The translations under genes and the position numbers were made by a program. This document shows positions 29,770 through 38,758 of a stretch of 64,000 nucleotides of DNA, one piece after another. This DNA comes from Corallococcus exiguus (GTDB taxonomy: Bacteria > Myxococcota > Myxococcia > Myxococcales > Myxococcaceae): contig NZ_JAAAPK010000002.1 in NCBI RefSeq assembly GCF_009909105.1, forward strand, positions 349,827 through 413,826, given 5' to 3'. Under the pieces are notes generated by a model. It was not told the origin of the DNA. It was given only the letters and a program-made list of their open reading frames with translations, and did not search any database. Numbering within the stretch: the first letter of the stretch is position 1; the number at the start of each line of letters is the position of its first letter.

Positions 29770-29863
29770 GCTTCCTCCGGGGTGGGGGCCACCGGGTCAA
29801 GAGCATCCTGGCCCGCTGACAGGAAGGCATTCGAACAGACGCCGCGACGCAATCCAAGGTCAC

Positions 29864-30613
29864 TCAGTCGCGGATCCAGTGGAAGGTCACGCGGTCGCCA
29901 CCGGTGAGATGGTCACCCAGACCGCCCAATGAATACATCTCCGTGTGGATTCCGAAGAGCTTGGCCTTGCTGAAGATGAAGCGCGTGCTCGAGGCCTGCA
30001 CGATGGTCGTCCACTGCGAATTGGTGTCGCAGTTGTTCGTGGAGGCATTGGGCCAGTTGCACCAGGAGCTGCCGTTGTGGTTCCAGACGCGCCAGTCATC
30101 ACCGCCGCCCACGAGGGCGACCTGCTTCCACCACGTCACGTTGGAGCCGGAGTTGAGCCGGAACTCGATGACCTCCGGCCCCGCCACGTTGTGCTCGACC
30201 TCCGCGAGGATGACGTCGCCATCGGGCAGCTCGGCGTAGGCCACCTTCTCGCGGATCTCCCGGTCGCACGTGATGCAGGAGTTCTGGATGTCGCTGGGCG
30301 ACGTGCAGCCGCTCACGCTGTACTCCCCGGAGTACAACGGATGGGTCCCGCAGAAGTAGCACGAGTGGGTATAGGGCCCGGTCACGCACTCGGCCACGTA
30401 CTGCACCGTCGTCTTCCCGAAGTCGTTCCAGGAGAGGGCCGTCGTGGCCATGGCGGTGACGGTGCGACCTTCGTCCTGCGACGGAGCGACGGGCGCCTGC
30501 TCCTGGGGCGCGGCTTCGGGAACGGGCATCTCCTCCGTGGCGGGGCCGCAGCCCACGCCACCCAGAAGTCCAAGGACGAGGAACGACGACGCGAGCCGTG
30601 CGCGCTGAAGCAT
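29864..30613 (-). CDS. Cys-rich lipoprotein (249 aa)
   Basis: Start re-assigned by codon counting to MLQRARLASSFLVLGLLGGVGCG (lipobox) with GGAG upstream. The 5' 357 codons of the tabulated ORF (to 31684) are antisense to the MVP gene and are rejected. Multiple Cys pairs (CYFC, CITC) are present. Confidence 0.55.
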   Translation of the reverse strand: MLQRARLASSFLVLGLLGGVGCGPATEEMPVPEAAPQEQAPVAPSQDEGRTVTAMATTALSWNDFGKTTVQYVAECVTGPYTHSCYFCGTHPLYSGEYSVSGCTSPSDIQNSCITCDREIREKVAYAELPDGDVILAEVEHNVAGPEVIEFRLNSGSNVTWWKQVALVGGGDDWRVWNHNGSSWCNWPNASTNNCDTNSQWTTIVQASSTRFIFSKAKLFGIHTEMYSLGGLGDHLTGGDRVTFHWIRD

Positions 30614-30862
30614 GAGGGTTTCTCCAGATGAGGCAGAGCGGGCGCCGTCGTGGCGCTCCGCATGTCTGTCTGCCTGCGAATACGGAGAACCCCCGGCGCG
30701 CTGGTTGTTCGAAATGCGCTCCAGTCTGGAACACCGCGCACCGGAGTGGAGCGAGTGTCCGCGCCAGTCCGGTGCGGTGCGGAGCCGTTCCAGGGCGAGC
30801 GGTGACGGCATGGGGCTCGCAATGACTCGCGGCTGAACCCCACTCCCGCGAGCAGGTGTGCC

Positions 30863-33139
30863 ATGCCGTCCGCCCCCAGCACCGAAGCCATCCAGCGCAT
30901 CTCCCTGAAGAACCGCGAGTACGCATACATCGAGGACGCCAACCGCGGCGTCGTGCTGATGGAGGTGGGCCCGCGCGTGCTGACGCTCGAAGCGCACCTG
31001 ACGCTCGTGGCGAAGGAGCGGATGGTGGAGCTGGGCGCCGGCAGCTGGTGCGTGGTGCGCAACCCCGTGGTGCGTGTGGACGGCCAGGTGGCGCTGGACG
31101 ACTTCGGCCAGGCCCGCGTCGCGGTGGGCGACCGCGAGGTCCGCGTGGGCCCGAAGGTGTTCCCGCTGTACCCCGGCGAGGAGCTGGAGGGCGACATCGT
31201 CCCGGAATACGTCCTGGGCGTGTCGGAGGCGCTGCGTCTGCGCGCGCTCACCGCCTTCACGGACACCCACGTCCCGGACGCTCCCCGCCGCCGTGAAGCG
31301 GGTGACGAGTGGCTGGTGCGCGGCCCCGGCCGCTACGTGCCCGGCGAGTCCGTCACCGTCGTGTCGCTGGAGAAGGCCCGCGTCCTCAAGGAGACCGAGT
31401 ACTGCGTCATCCTCAATCCCGTGGACCGCGCCACCGGCCGCGTCCAGGAGGGCCGCCGCAAGGTCGTCTCCGGTCCGGATGTCTTCTTCCTCGAACCCGG
31501 CGAGGCGCTGGAAGGGGACGTGCGCCGCAAGCATGTCCTGTCGGAGCTGCAGGGCCTGAAGCTCCAGGCCCTGGACGACCTCTCCGAGAACGAGGGTGGC
31601 GAACCGCGCGCACGCAAGGCCGGTGACACGTGGATCGTCCGCGGCCCTCGCACCTACGTGCCCAGCGAGAAGGTCCTCATCCACCGGGAGATTGCCGCGC
31701 TGTCATTGGGGCAGGGGGAAGGCCTGTACGTGCGCGACCTGCGCTCGGGCAAGGTGTCGCTCGTCCAAGGGCCTTGCCAGTTCATGCCGGAGGCACACCA
31801 GGAACTGCACGAGAAGCGCCTGTCCCCGGACGCGGAGGCCCTGCTGGGCCTCACTCCGCCGCTGCCGCTCGCGGAGGCGAAGGACGCCCGCGCGCCACGG
31901 CCCACAAGCGCGACGGAGAAGGGGGACCGCACTCGCGCCATCGTGCTGCGCATCGAGGACAACACGGCGGTCCTCATCAACGACTTCGAGTCCAATCACG
32001 CGCGCGTGGAGTTCGGCCCCGCGAAGGTGATGTTGCGTCCGTACGAGGACGTCACCGTCCTGGATTTGTCCGGCAGCACGCCCAAGCGCCCGCGTCAGCT
32101 CAAGGTGCTGATGCTGCGGCTGGGGCCGGACTTCGCCACGGACCTCTTCGAGGTGGCCACTCGCGACCACGCGCGGCTGCGCATCAAGCTTTCGTACAAA
32201 TGGCAGTTCGACGTGCAGGGGGACCCGGAGAAGGACAAGGCCATCTTCCGGGTGAACGACTTCATCGGGTACGTGTGTGAGAACCTCGCGTCGCGCATCC
32301 GCCAGGTCGCCGCGGAGAACGAGTTCGAGACCTTCCACAAGAACGCCAGCGTGCTCATCCGCCGCACCATCTTCGGCATGGATGACGCGGGCCGCGCTCG
32401 CAAGGACCGCCTCTTCTCCGAGAACCAGCTGCGCATCATCGACATCGACATCAAGGACATCGCCCCCGTCGATGAGAAGACGGCCCTGAAGCTGCGCGAG
32501 GCCATCGACACCAACATCCAGATCCAGCTGGACGCCTCACGCCAGGAGGCCCAGGCCGCCGCGGAGCTCAAGCGCATCCGCAGCGAGGAGGAGAAGCAGC
32601 TCGCGGACATCGCCAGCCACCGCAAGTCGGAGGCGGAGCGCCAATCCCTCATCGAATTGCAGAACCGCAACCACCAGCTGGAGACGCTCAGCCGCGCCAA
32701 GGTGGAGGCGGAGGCCCAGCTGGAGCGCGCCCGCGTGGAGAGCGAAGAGGCCCTGGCCCGCGCCGAGTCCGACGCCCGCGCCTCGCGCATCCGCTCCGAA
32801 GCGGAGATCGAGCGCGAACGGCTCACCACCCAGGTGGCCCTGGATCGCCAGCAGCGCCTCAATGACCTGGAGGTGGAGCGCCAGTCGCGCCTCGCGGAAG
32901 TGGAAGCCGGCCAATTCCGTCAGCGCGTGGAGTCCCTGGGGGGAGGGGAGAACTTCGTGAAGGCCGTGGCCGCGCAGGCCCAGGCCGCCGTCGTCGGAGG
33001 CCTGGACAAGGTCGTCTTCCTCCCCAGCGGCTCCAACCTCAACCTCTTCGACGCCATGCAGGGACTCCTGGGGCCCGGCGGACAACCCCGCCTGTCCGCC
33101 CACAACGCCCCGAAGCCGCCCGGCGACACTTCGGCCTGA
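30863..33139 (+). CDS. Major vault protein (MVP) homologue: vault repeats + shoulder (SPFH-like) domain + cap-helix coiled coil
   Basis: Block-by-block similarity to eukaryotic MVP as recalled from memory: FPLYPGEELEGDIVP vs PLYPGEVLEKDITP; AGDEWLVRGPGRYVP vs AGDEWLFEGPGTYIP; EYCVILNPVD...FFLEPGEALEGDV...VLSELQGLKLQALD vs HNYCVILDPVG...FFLQPGEQLEQGI...VLSEQQGLLLRALQ. Also RVEFGPAKVMLRPYEDVTVLDLSGSTPKRP...LGPDFATDL...DHARLRIKLSYKWQFDV vs [30 protein letters not shown]...LGPDFFTDV...DHARLQLQLAYNWHFEV. A long Ala/Glu/Arg-rich coiled coil is followed by NLNLFDAMQGLLGPGGQP. It is about 135 aa shorter than human MVP, with fewer N-terminal repeats. Confidence 0.8.
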   Translation: MPSAPSTEAIQRISLKNREYAYIEDANRGVVLMEVGPRVLTLEAHLTLVAKERMVELGAGSWCVVRNPVVRVDGQVALDDFGQARVAVGDREVRVGPKVFPLYPGEELEGDIVPEYVLGVSEALRLRALTAFTDTHVPDAPRRREAGDEWLVRGPGRYVPGESVTVVSLEKARVLKETEYCVILNPVDRATGRVQEGRRKVVSGPDVFFLEPGEALEGDVRRKHVLSELQGLKLQALDDLSENEGGEPRARKAGDTWIVRGPRTYVPSEKVLIHREIAALSLGQGEGLYVRDLRSGKVSLVQGPCQFMPEAHQELHEKRLSPDAEALLGLTPPLPLAEAKDARAPRPTSATEKGDRTRAIVLRIEDNTAVLINDFESNHARVEFGPAKVMLRPYEDVTVLDLSGSTPKRPRQLKVLMLRLGPDFATDLFEVATRDHARLRIKLSYKWQFDVQGDPEKDKAIFRVNDFIGYVCENLASRIRQVAAENEFETFHKNASVLIRRTIFGMDDAGRARKDRLFSENQLRIIDIDIKDIAPVDEKTALKLREAIDTNIQIQLDASRQEAQAAAELKRIRSEEEKQLADIASHRKSEAERQSLIELQNRNHQLETLSRAKVEAEAQLERARVESEEALARAESDARASRIRSEAEIERERLTTQVALDRQQRLNDLEVERQSRLAEVEAGQFRQRVESLGGGENFVKAVAAQAQAAVVGGLDKVVFLPSGSNLNLFDAMQGLLGPGGQPRLSAHNAPKPPGDTSA

Positions 33140-33224
33140 AAATGGGCCGTCGATATTGAAAATGAGAATCGTTATCGAATAGAGATCGTCCCCATCGAAC
33201 GGCGGCGGGTCTCCGCGGCGAAAG

Positions 33225-34250
33225 GTGACGACGATGAGCAACCCCGAAGGGGCGGTCCGGAAGCGCGGTGCACGGTGGTTCGGCATGGGGGCCCTGGCGG
33301 CCCTCGCGCTGGCCGTGGTGGCGCCGGGATGCAGCAGCGACGAGTGCGTGGATGCGTTCGACTGCCGCGATGAGGGCGCGGCCCCCGCGGGCAAGGCATG
33401 GACCTGCAACGCGGACAAGAAGTGCGAGCAGCGCACCCTGACGCCGACCGAAGAGCCTGAGACGGACGCGGGCACCACCACTGACGCCGGGACGACCCCC
33501 GACGCGGGCACCACCACCGACGCGGGCACGGGCGGCGAGACGGACGCGGGCACGGAGACCGACGCGGGCACGCCTCCCGCGGATGGCGGCGCGGAGCTGT
33601 GCCGCAACGCCGTGGCCTGCACGGAGCAGAGCATCGACAAGCTCCGGCTCCGCACGGTCGGCTCCGACGGCGGCGTGATTGAAGAGGGCACGACGGCGGG
33701 CGAGCACCTCACGTACCTGGATGGCCGCGGGGGTGGCACGGCGGTGCCGGACTCGTACACCTACGCGCGCTTCACGGCGACGGGCCTGGAGAAGGTCTAC
33801 ATCGATGATCAGTCCTCGCTGGATTCGACCGCGTGGGACGTCGCGGTGCGCCGGTACGTCGTCCGCTTCAACAGCGGCGTGTCCGGCCCGTCGTGCGTGA
33901 CCGTGGCGCAGACGGCGGACGGCACGACGTTCGAGTCGGTGACCTCCGTGCCCACGGATGCGCAGTTCGTTGCGGAGAACTACTACACGCCCGACACCTG
34001 CACGTTCACCGGGGACTCGTTTGGCCTTCAGAGCCCGGCGACCCAGACCCTCTCGTACTGGGACTACGCTTCCTGCCTGCAGATGACGAACAAGGTCTAC
34101 CTGGTCCAGCTGGCGGACGGCCGTCACGTGAAGCTGCAGGTCAAGGACTTCTATGAGCCCGCGATCCAGGAGGAGTGCAACACGACGGGCAAGGTGAGCT
34201 CGACGGCCAGCTCAGGGTCGATCCGCCTGCGGTGGTCCTTCCTGCCGTGA
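33225..34250 (+). CDS. Lipoprotein with low-complexity TDAGT linker and C-terminal ~220-aa domain of unknown function
   Basis: Signal peptide + lipobox (LALAVVAPGCSS), then an (E/T)TDAGT repeat linker, then a globular domain with 6 Cys. Stop overlaps the start of the next gene. Confidence 0.5.
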   Translation: MTTMSNPEGAVRKRGARWFGMGALAALALAVVAPGCSSDECVDAFDCRDEGAAPAGKAWTCNADKKCEQRTLTPTEEPETDAGTTTDAGTTPDAGTTTDAGTGGETDAGTETDAGTPPADGGAELCRNAVACTEQSIDKLRLRTVGSDGGVIEEGTTAGEHLTYLDGRGGGTAVPDSYTYARFTATGLEKVYIDDQSSLDSTAWDVAVRRYVVRFNSGVSGPSCVTVAQTADGTTFESVTSVPTDAQFVAENYYTPDTCTFTGDSFGLQSPATQTLSYWDYASCLQMTNKVYLVQLADGRHVKLQVKDFYEPAIQEECNTTGKVSSTASSGSIRLRWSFLP

Positions 34251-35818
34251 TGACCCTCGGGGTTCCCACGCTGCTCCTGCTGCTGGCCGGCGCGGGAACC
34301 CCGCGTGGCCTCCCGCACGAGCGGGAGGCCGTACAGAAGCTGGTCGCCGAGTCCGGGCGGCCCACCTCGCCTGGCGCGCCATCGCCGCGCTACGAGCCCG
34401 AGGACACGGTGGAGTCCGTCGTGTCTCCGGGCGGGCGCTTCCGCATCCACTTCACCCGCCAGGGCACCCACGCCGTGCCGCCAGCGGACGCGGATGGCAG
34501 CGGCGTGCCCGACTTCGTGGAGCTCGTCGGGCGCACCTACGAACGCGTGGCGACGTTCTACGTGGACCTGGGCTTCCGCCTGCCGCCCGACGACACGAAT
34601 CCGGCCGGGGACGACGGCGGCGACGGCCGCTTCGACGTGTACCTGGTGGACTTCGCGAGGATTGGCGACGGCGCCTTCCGGCAGGAGACCTGCCTGGAGG
34701 GCGTCACGCGCTGCACCGGCTTCATGCTCCAGGAGAACGACTTCACGGGCTACAACTACCCGTCCGACGCAGAGGCCGTGGAGATCCTGGCCAGCCACGA
34801 GTTCTTCCACGCGGTGCAGGCCGCCTACCGGCCTGACCTGGGCGGCGTCGCCTCCGAGGGCACCGCCGTCTGGGCCACCGAGCGCTTCGAGCCCGCGCTC
34901 GACGACCTGGAGCACTTCACCCGCGGCTACATGCTGACTCCGGACAGCACGCTGGTGCTGGACCCCGCGGGGCCCGGCGTGACCTTCATCTACGGCGCGG
35001 GGCTCTTCTTCCAGTTCGTGGGCGAGCGCTACGGTGACGGCGCGCTCGTCGCGCTGCTGGAGGAGTCCGTGCGCCAGCCGGAGGCCCGCTGGCCGGTGCT
35101 GCTGGACACCTGTCTGCGCCGCGACTTCGCCTCCAGCTTCGACGCGGCCTTCGCCCAATTCGCCACCTGGAACCTGGGCACCGGCCCGCGCGCGACGCCG
35201 GGGTTCGGCTACGCGCGAGGGGAGGGCTATGCACCGGTGGCGAAGACGGCGGCGGAGCTCCCCACCACGATCGACCGCGTGCGCGTCGCGGCGGCGGCCT
35301 CGCGGATCTTCGAGGTCCCCGGCGGCGCTTCCTTCGTGGGCGCCTCGTTCGAGCCCGAGCCGGGCATCGACCCGGCCACGGTGCACCTGGTCGTCGCGGC
35401 CGTCACGGATGACGCCGTGCTGCGGGTGGCGACCGTGGACGGGCCGGACGCCCTGCGCGCCCAGGTGGCCGCGGATGACGCCACGCGCGTGATGGTGGCG
35501 GTCGTGGATGGCCGGATGGAAGGCCTGGGTCGCTATGGCCGCCTGTGCATCGCTGCCACTGGCCAGTCCGCGTCCTGCGCGCCCCTCGAGTCGACGGATG
35601 CCGGAACCGACGCTGGGACCCCCGATGCCGGCGCGGACGCGGGCACCGCCGATGCGGGGACCGTGGACGCGGGCAGGCCCGTGGATCCCATCGATGATCC
35701 GCGCACGCCCTCGGATGACGGTGGCTGCCAGGCCGCGGGTGGCCCCCTGTCCGGTGCGCTCGTCGCGCTGCTGCTCGGCGGGGGCCTGCGGGCCCGGCGG
35801 CGTTCACGGGCGCGTTAG
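34250..35818 (+). CDS. Secreted HExxH zinc metalloprotease with MYXO-CTERM sorting/anchor domain
   Basis: Signal peptide (MTLGVPTLLLLLAGAG), zincin motif HEFFHAVQ, and a C-terminal TDAGT low-complexity segment. The terminal GGCQAAGGPLSGALVALLLGGGLRARRRSRAR is the MYXO-CTERM signature. Confidence 0.6.
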   Translation: MTLGVPTLLLLLAGAGTPRGLPHEREAVQKLVAESGRPTSPGAPSPRYEPEDTVESVVSPGGRFRIHFTRQGTHAVPPADADGSGVPDFVELVGRTYERVATFYVDLGFRLPPDDTNPAGDDGGDGRFDVYLVDFARIGDGAFRQETCLEGVTRCTGFMLQENDFTGYNYPSDAEAVEILASHEFFHAVQAAYRPDLGGVASEGTAVWATERFEPALDDLEHFTRGYMLTPDSTLVLDPAGPGVTFIYGAGLFFQFVGERYGDGALVALLEESVRQPEARWPVLLDTCLRRDFASSFDAAFAQFATWNLGTGPRATPGFGYARGEGYAPVAKTAAELPTTIDRVRVAAAASRIFEVPGGASFVGASFEPEPGIDPATVHLVVAAVTDDAVLRVATVDGPDALRAQVAADDATRVMVAVVDGRMEGLGRYGRLCIAATGQSASCAPLESTDAGTDAGTPDAGADAGTADAGTVDAGRPVDPIDDPRTPSDDGGCQAAGGPLSGALVALLLGGGLRARRRSRAR

Positions 35819-36864
35819 CGCTCGAACTCGTCGCACCCCGTCTCCTGCTTGGACGGGAAGGCGGACTTCTTCTCCTGGCGCACGTAGTCGTGGCTCTGGG
35901 AGAAGAGGTCCGGGCTGCTCACGGTCACGGTGCCCTTCGCGGCGTCGGCCGTCTTCCACTGGAGCGCCTCCGGCTTGCCGTCCGCGGCCGTGAGCCCCAG
36001 CACCCAGGCCCCGGCGCCCTTGCCGGCCTCCACGGACGTCACCTTCATCGTCGTGGCCTCCTGGCCCAGCTGCACCTCCACCTCGCCCGTCGCGGGCTTG
36101 ACGGTGAAGCTGCGCGTCGCGGCCGAGCAGGGCTTGAGCACCACGAAGCCCTTGCCCTGACGCGTCAGCTCCACCCACGTCCCCGCGAACGGCTGGAGTT
36201 TGTCCGCGGCCACGGGAGCCTTCGCGGCCGTGGGCGCGCCTTCCGCCGCACAGTCCAGGTCCTCGCGCTTGAGCAGCCCCGCCGTGGCCTTCTGGGGCCC
36301 CTGGAAGCGCGCGGCGAGGAAGTCCGGCTCCACCGGGTCGACGTAGGCCTCCACCGCGTCCCCGGACACCACGAACGCCTTGCGCGGCGTGTTGGCCGCG
36401 TCAGAAGCGTGGAAGCCCGCCTTGGACACCTTCACCTTGCAGATGCTCAGCGGCTTGGAGGTGCTCCGGGCGAACGTGTCCTTGCCTGAGTAGCCGGCGC
36501 CGCAACAGGACGGTGACGGACCCGACTCCAGGACGAATTGCTTGGGATTGACGCGCAGCGTCCAGGCGTCTTCCTCACCCGCCTGATGAAGTGACCAATT
36601 CGTGGCTGTCTTCTTCTGGACGACCAGGGCGCAATCGCAGGTGCCCGCGCTGCTGCCCTGCGGGAACGAGCCCGAGAAGTGCACGAGCGTCTCGTTGCTG
36701 CCCTCGACGATGGCGAGCGTCCCGCTCTTGTTCGAATAGACCCCCGTGAGTCCCTCGGATCCCTGAGCCGAGGCGTCCGGGACCGCGCCTGTGACGCAAA
36801 TGGCAAACGGCAATGCCAAACTTTTGAATTCCGGTTGGATCCTGGACATCGGACTGGTCCTCAT
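35815..36864 (-). CDS. Secreted hypothetical protein
   Basis: N-terminal signal peptide (SLALPFAICVTGAVPDASAQG). No recognisable domain. Several Cys. Confidence 0.4.
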   Translation of the reverse strand: MRTSPMSRIQPEFKSLALPFAICVTGAVPDASAQGSEGLTGVYSNKSGTLAIVEGSNETLVHFSGSFPQGSSAGTCDCALVVQKKTATNWSLHQAGEEDAWTLRVNPKQFVLESGPSPSCCGAGYSGKDTFARSTSKPLSICKVKVSKAGFHASDAANTPRKAFVVSGDAVEAYVDPVEPDFLAARFQGPQKATAGLLKREDLDCAAEGAPTAAKAPVAADKLQPFAGTWVELTRQGKGFVVLKPCSAATRSFTVKPATGEVEVQLGQEATTMKVTSVEAGKGAGAWVLGLTAADGKPEALQWKTADAAKGTVTVSSPDLFSQSHDYVRQEKKSAFPSKQETGCDEFER

Positions 36865-36937
36865 GGGCAGGTTCTTCAGCCTCAGCGGATCGATCCGCTG
36901 AAACTGAAGCTGCTGGAATCACTGGTTTCACACGATT

Positions 36938-38656
36938 GTGACTGGGAATGCGAAACTGATCGCATTGCCTTTCGATAATCCGGGCAATCCAAGCACGTCC
37001 GCGGCGCCTTTGGTCGCGGCCAGACATCGAGGGGTCTTCTCCGTGACCGTCTCCAACATCCGCGTCAATTCGGGCGACACGCTTTCCGGCCTCGCGAAGC
37101 GCTACAACACGACCGTTGACGCGCTGGCCAAGGCGAACAACATCAAGGATCCGAACAAGATCCTGGCCGGCCAGACGCTGAAGGTGCAGGACGGCTTCGA
37201 CACGAAGGGCACCAACAAGTCGAGCGCGGGGACGAAGACGTCGGGCGACAGCTTCACGCAGTCCACGGACGGCGCGAAGGCGACCACGCCCGCCGCGAAC
37301 ACGAACTCCAGCAGCGCGACCAACGGGGAGTTGGGTGGGCTGAGCCGCAAGTACGAGGCTCGCGGCCCCGGCACCGTGTCCACGGGCAAGGGTGACAAGG
37401 GCGGCGTGTCCTACGGCTCCTACCAGTTCGCCTCCGCGAACGGGTCCGCGCAGTCGTTCGTCAACTCGCTGAAGAAGACGAACCCGGAGTTCCACAAGGC
37501 GCTGTCGGGCAGCAAGCCGGGCACTGCGGAGTTCTCCGCCGCGTGGAAGCAGCTGGCCGCGAAGGACCCGAAGGGCTTCGACAAGGCGCAGCACGACTAC
37601 ATCAAGACCACGCACTACGACGCGGGCGCCGCCAACATCAAGAAGGCGACGGGCATCGACCTGGACAAGCGCTCCGCTGCGCTGCGGGACGTGGCCTGGT
37701 CCACCTCCGTGCAGCACGGCCCGGGCAAGGCGGACGACATCTTCAAGAAGGCGCTCAACGGGCGCGACCCCGCGAAGGTGAGCGACGAGCAGCTCATCAA
37801 GGACATCTACGCCGAGCGCGGCCGCACCAACGCCAGCGGCACCCTGGTGCACTTCTCCGGCAGCTCCAAGGACGTGCAGAAGGGCGTGGCCAACCGATTC
37901 AAGTCGGAGGCGAAGGACGCCCTCGCGATGCTGAAGCAGGAGAAGTCGGGCACCACGACCAAGCCGGCCAACACCAACACGGGCGTGGTTCCCCCGTCCG
38001 TGAACAACGGTTCGAAGCCGGGCACCACGGAAGGCAAGCCCACGACGCAGGGCACGAACACCTCCAAGCCCACCACGGAGGCGGCCCCCGCGAACACGGA
38101 GCAGGTGGCCCCGTCCAAGGACAAGCCGGCGGTGCACGTGAAGGTGCCGTACTACAGCCAGTTCGAGAACGGCCACGGCTACACCGCGAGCGACACGGCG
38201 TGCTTCAAGGCCGCGACGGCGATGGCGCGTGACTCCGGCGCGACCGTGCTGGGCCCGGACCGCCGCATTCAGGTGGGCAAGAGCGAGAACGGCGTCGGCG
38301 CGCTCAACGTGGACTCGAAGAAGGCCGCCGAGGGCCGCAGCTACATCGACAAGCAGCTGGAGGCCGGCAAGCCGGTGGTCGTGGGCGTGAGCCACAAGGA
38401 CGCGAGCTACAACGCGGACGGCCTCACGGACCACTTCGTGACCATCACGGGCCGCGGCGTCGACGACAAGGGCCGCACCTACTACACGTTCCACGACCCG
38501 GGCACGAAGAACGCCAGCACGGGCAAGGACACGAACCCGAACAACCGCTTCTACGTGGATGACAAGACCGGGAACATGTACCGCCCCGGCAAGGCCGCGA
38601 ACGGCTACGTGACCGAGCGCCACTACGACGTGGCCATGGTGCGCATCAACAAGTAG
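36938..38656 (+). CDS. LysM-domain cell-wall hydrolase with lysozyme-like central domain and C-terminal papain-like (Cys-His) peptidase domain
   Basis: LysM ([46 protein letters not shown]). The central region ([21 protein letters not shown]...[11 protein letters not shown]) resembles phage/effector-type muramidase domains. C-terminal Cys (DTACFKAA) and His ([12 protein letters not shown]) residues with YYTFHDPG are typical of CHAP/C39-like amidases. No N-terminal signal peptide. Confidence 0.55.
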   Translation: MTGNAKLIALPFDNPGNPSTSAAPLVAARHRGVFSVTVSNIRVNSGDTLSGLAKRYNTTVDALAKANNIKDPNKILAGQTLKVQDGFDTKGTNKSSAGTKTSGDSFTQSTDGAKATTPAANTNSSSATNGELGGLSRKYEARGPGTVSTGKGDKGGVSYGSYQFASANGSAQSFVNSLKKTNPEFHKALSGSKPGTAEFSAAWKQLAAKDPKGFDKAQHDYIKTTHYDAGAANIKKATGIDLDKRSAALRDVAWSTSVQHGPGKADDIFKKALNGRDPAKVSDEQLIKDIYAERGRTNASGTLVHFSGSSKDVQKGVANRFKSEAKDALAMLKQEKSGTTTKPANTNTGVVPPSVNNGSKPGTTEGKPTTQGTNTSKPTTEAAPANTEQVAPSKDKPAVHVKVPYYSQFENGHGYTASDTACFKAATAMARDSGATVLGPDRRIQVGKSENGVGALNVDSKKAAEGRSYIDKQLEAGKPVVVGVSHKDASYNADGLTDHFVTITGRGVDDKGRTYYTFHDPGTKNASTGKDTNPNNRFYVDDKTGNMYRPGKAANGYVTERHYDVAMVRINK

Positions 38657-38758
38657 CCCCGGCGGCGAAAGCCCCGGAAGTGATTCGGCCCGGCGACCTC
38701 GTGAAGAGGTCGACCGGGCCGTTGTGCGTCATCCGTCTGGGATTCGAAGCGCCGGGCC

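Noticed and set aside
30614-31684. 5' extension (357 codons) of the tabulated minus ORF 29864..31684
   Set aside because: Antisense to the MVP gene. The real lipoprotein starts at the internal Met with lipobox and RBS at 30613.
35890-36489. 199-aa + ORF
   Set aside because: Antisense to the secreted protein gene 35815..36864.
36575-38623. 682-aa minus ORF
   Set aside because: Antisense to the LysM hydrolase gene, with a low-complexity R/G/A/V translation.
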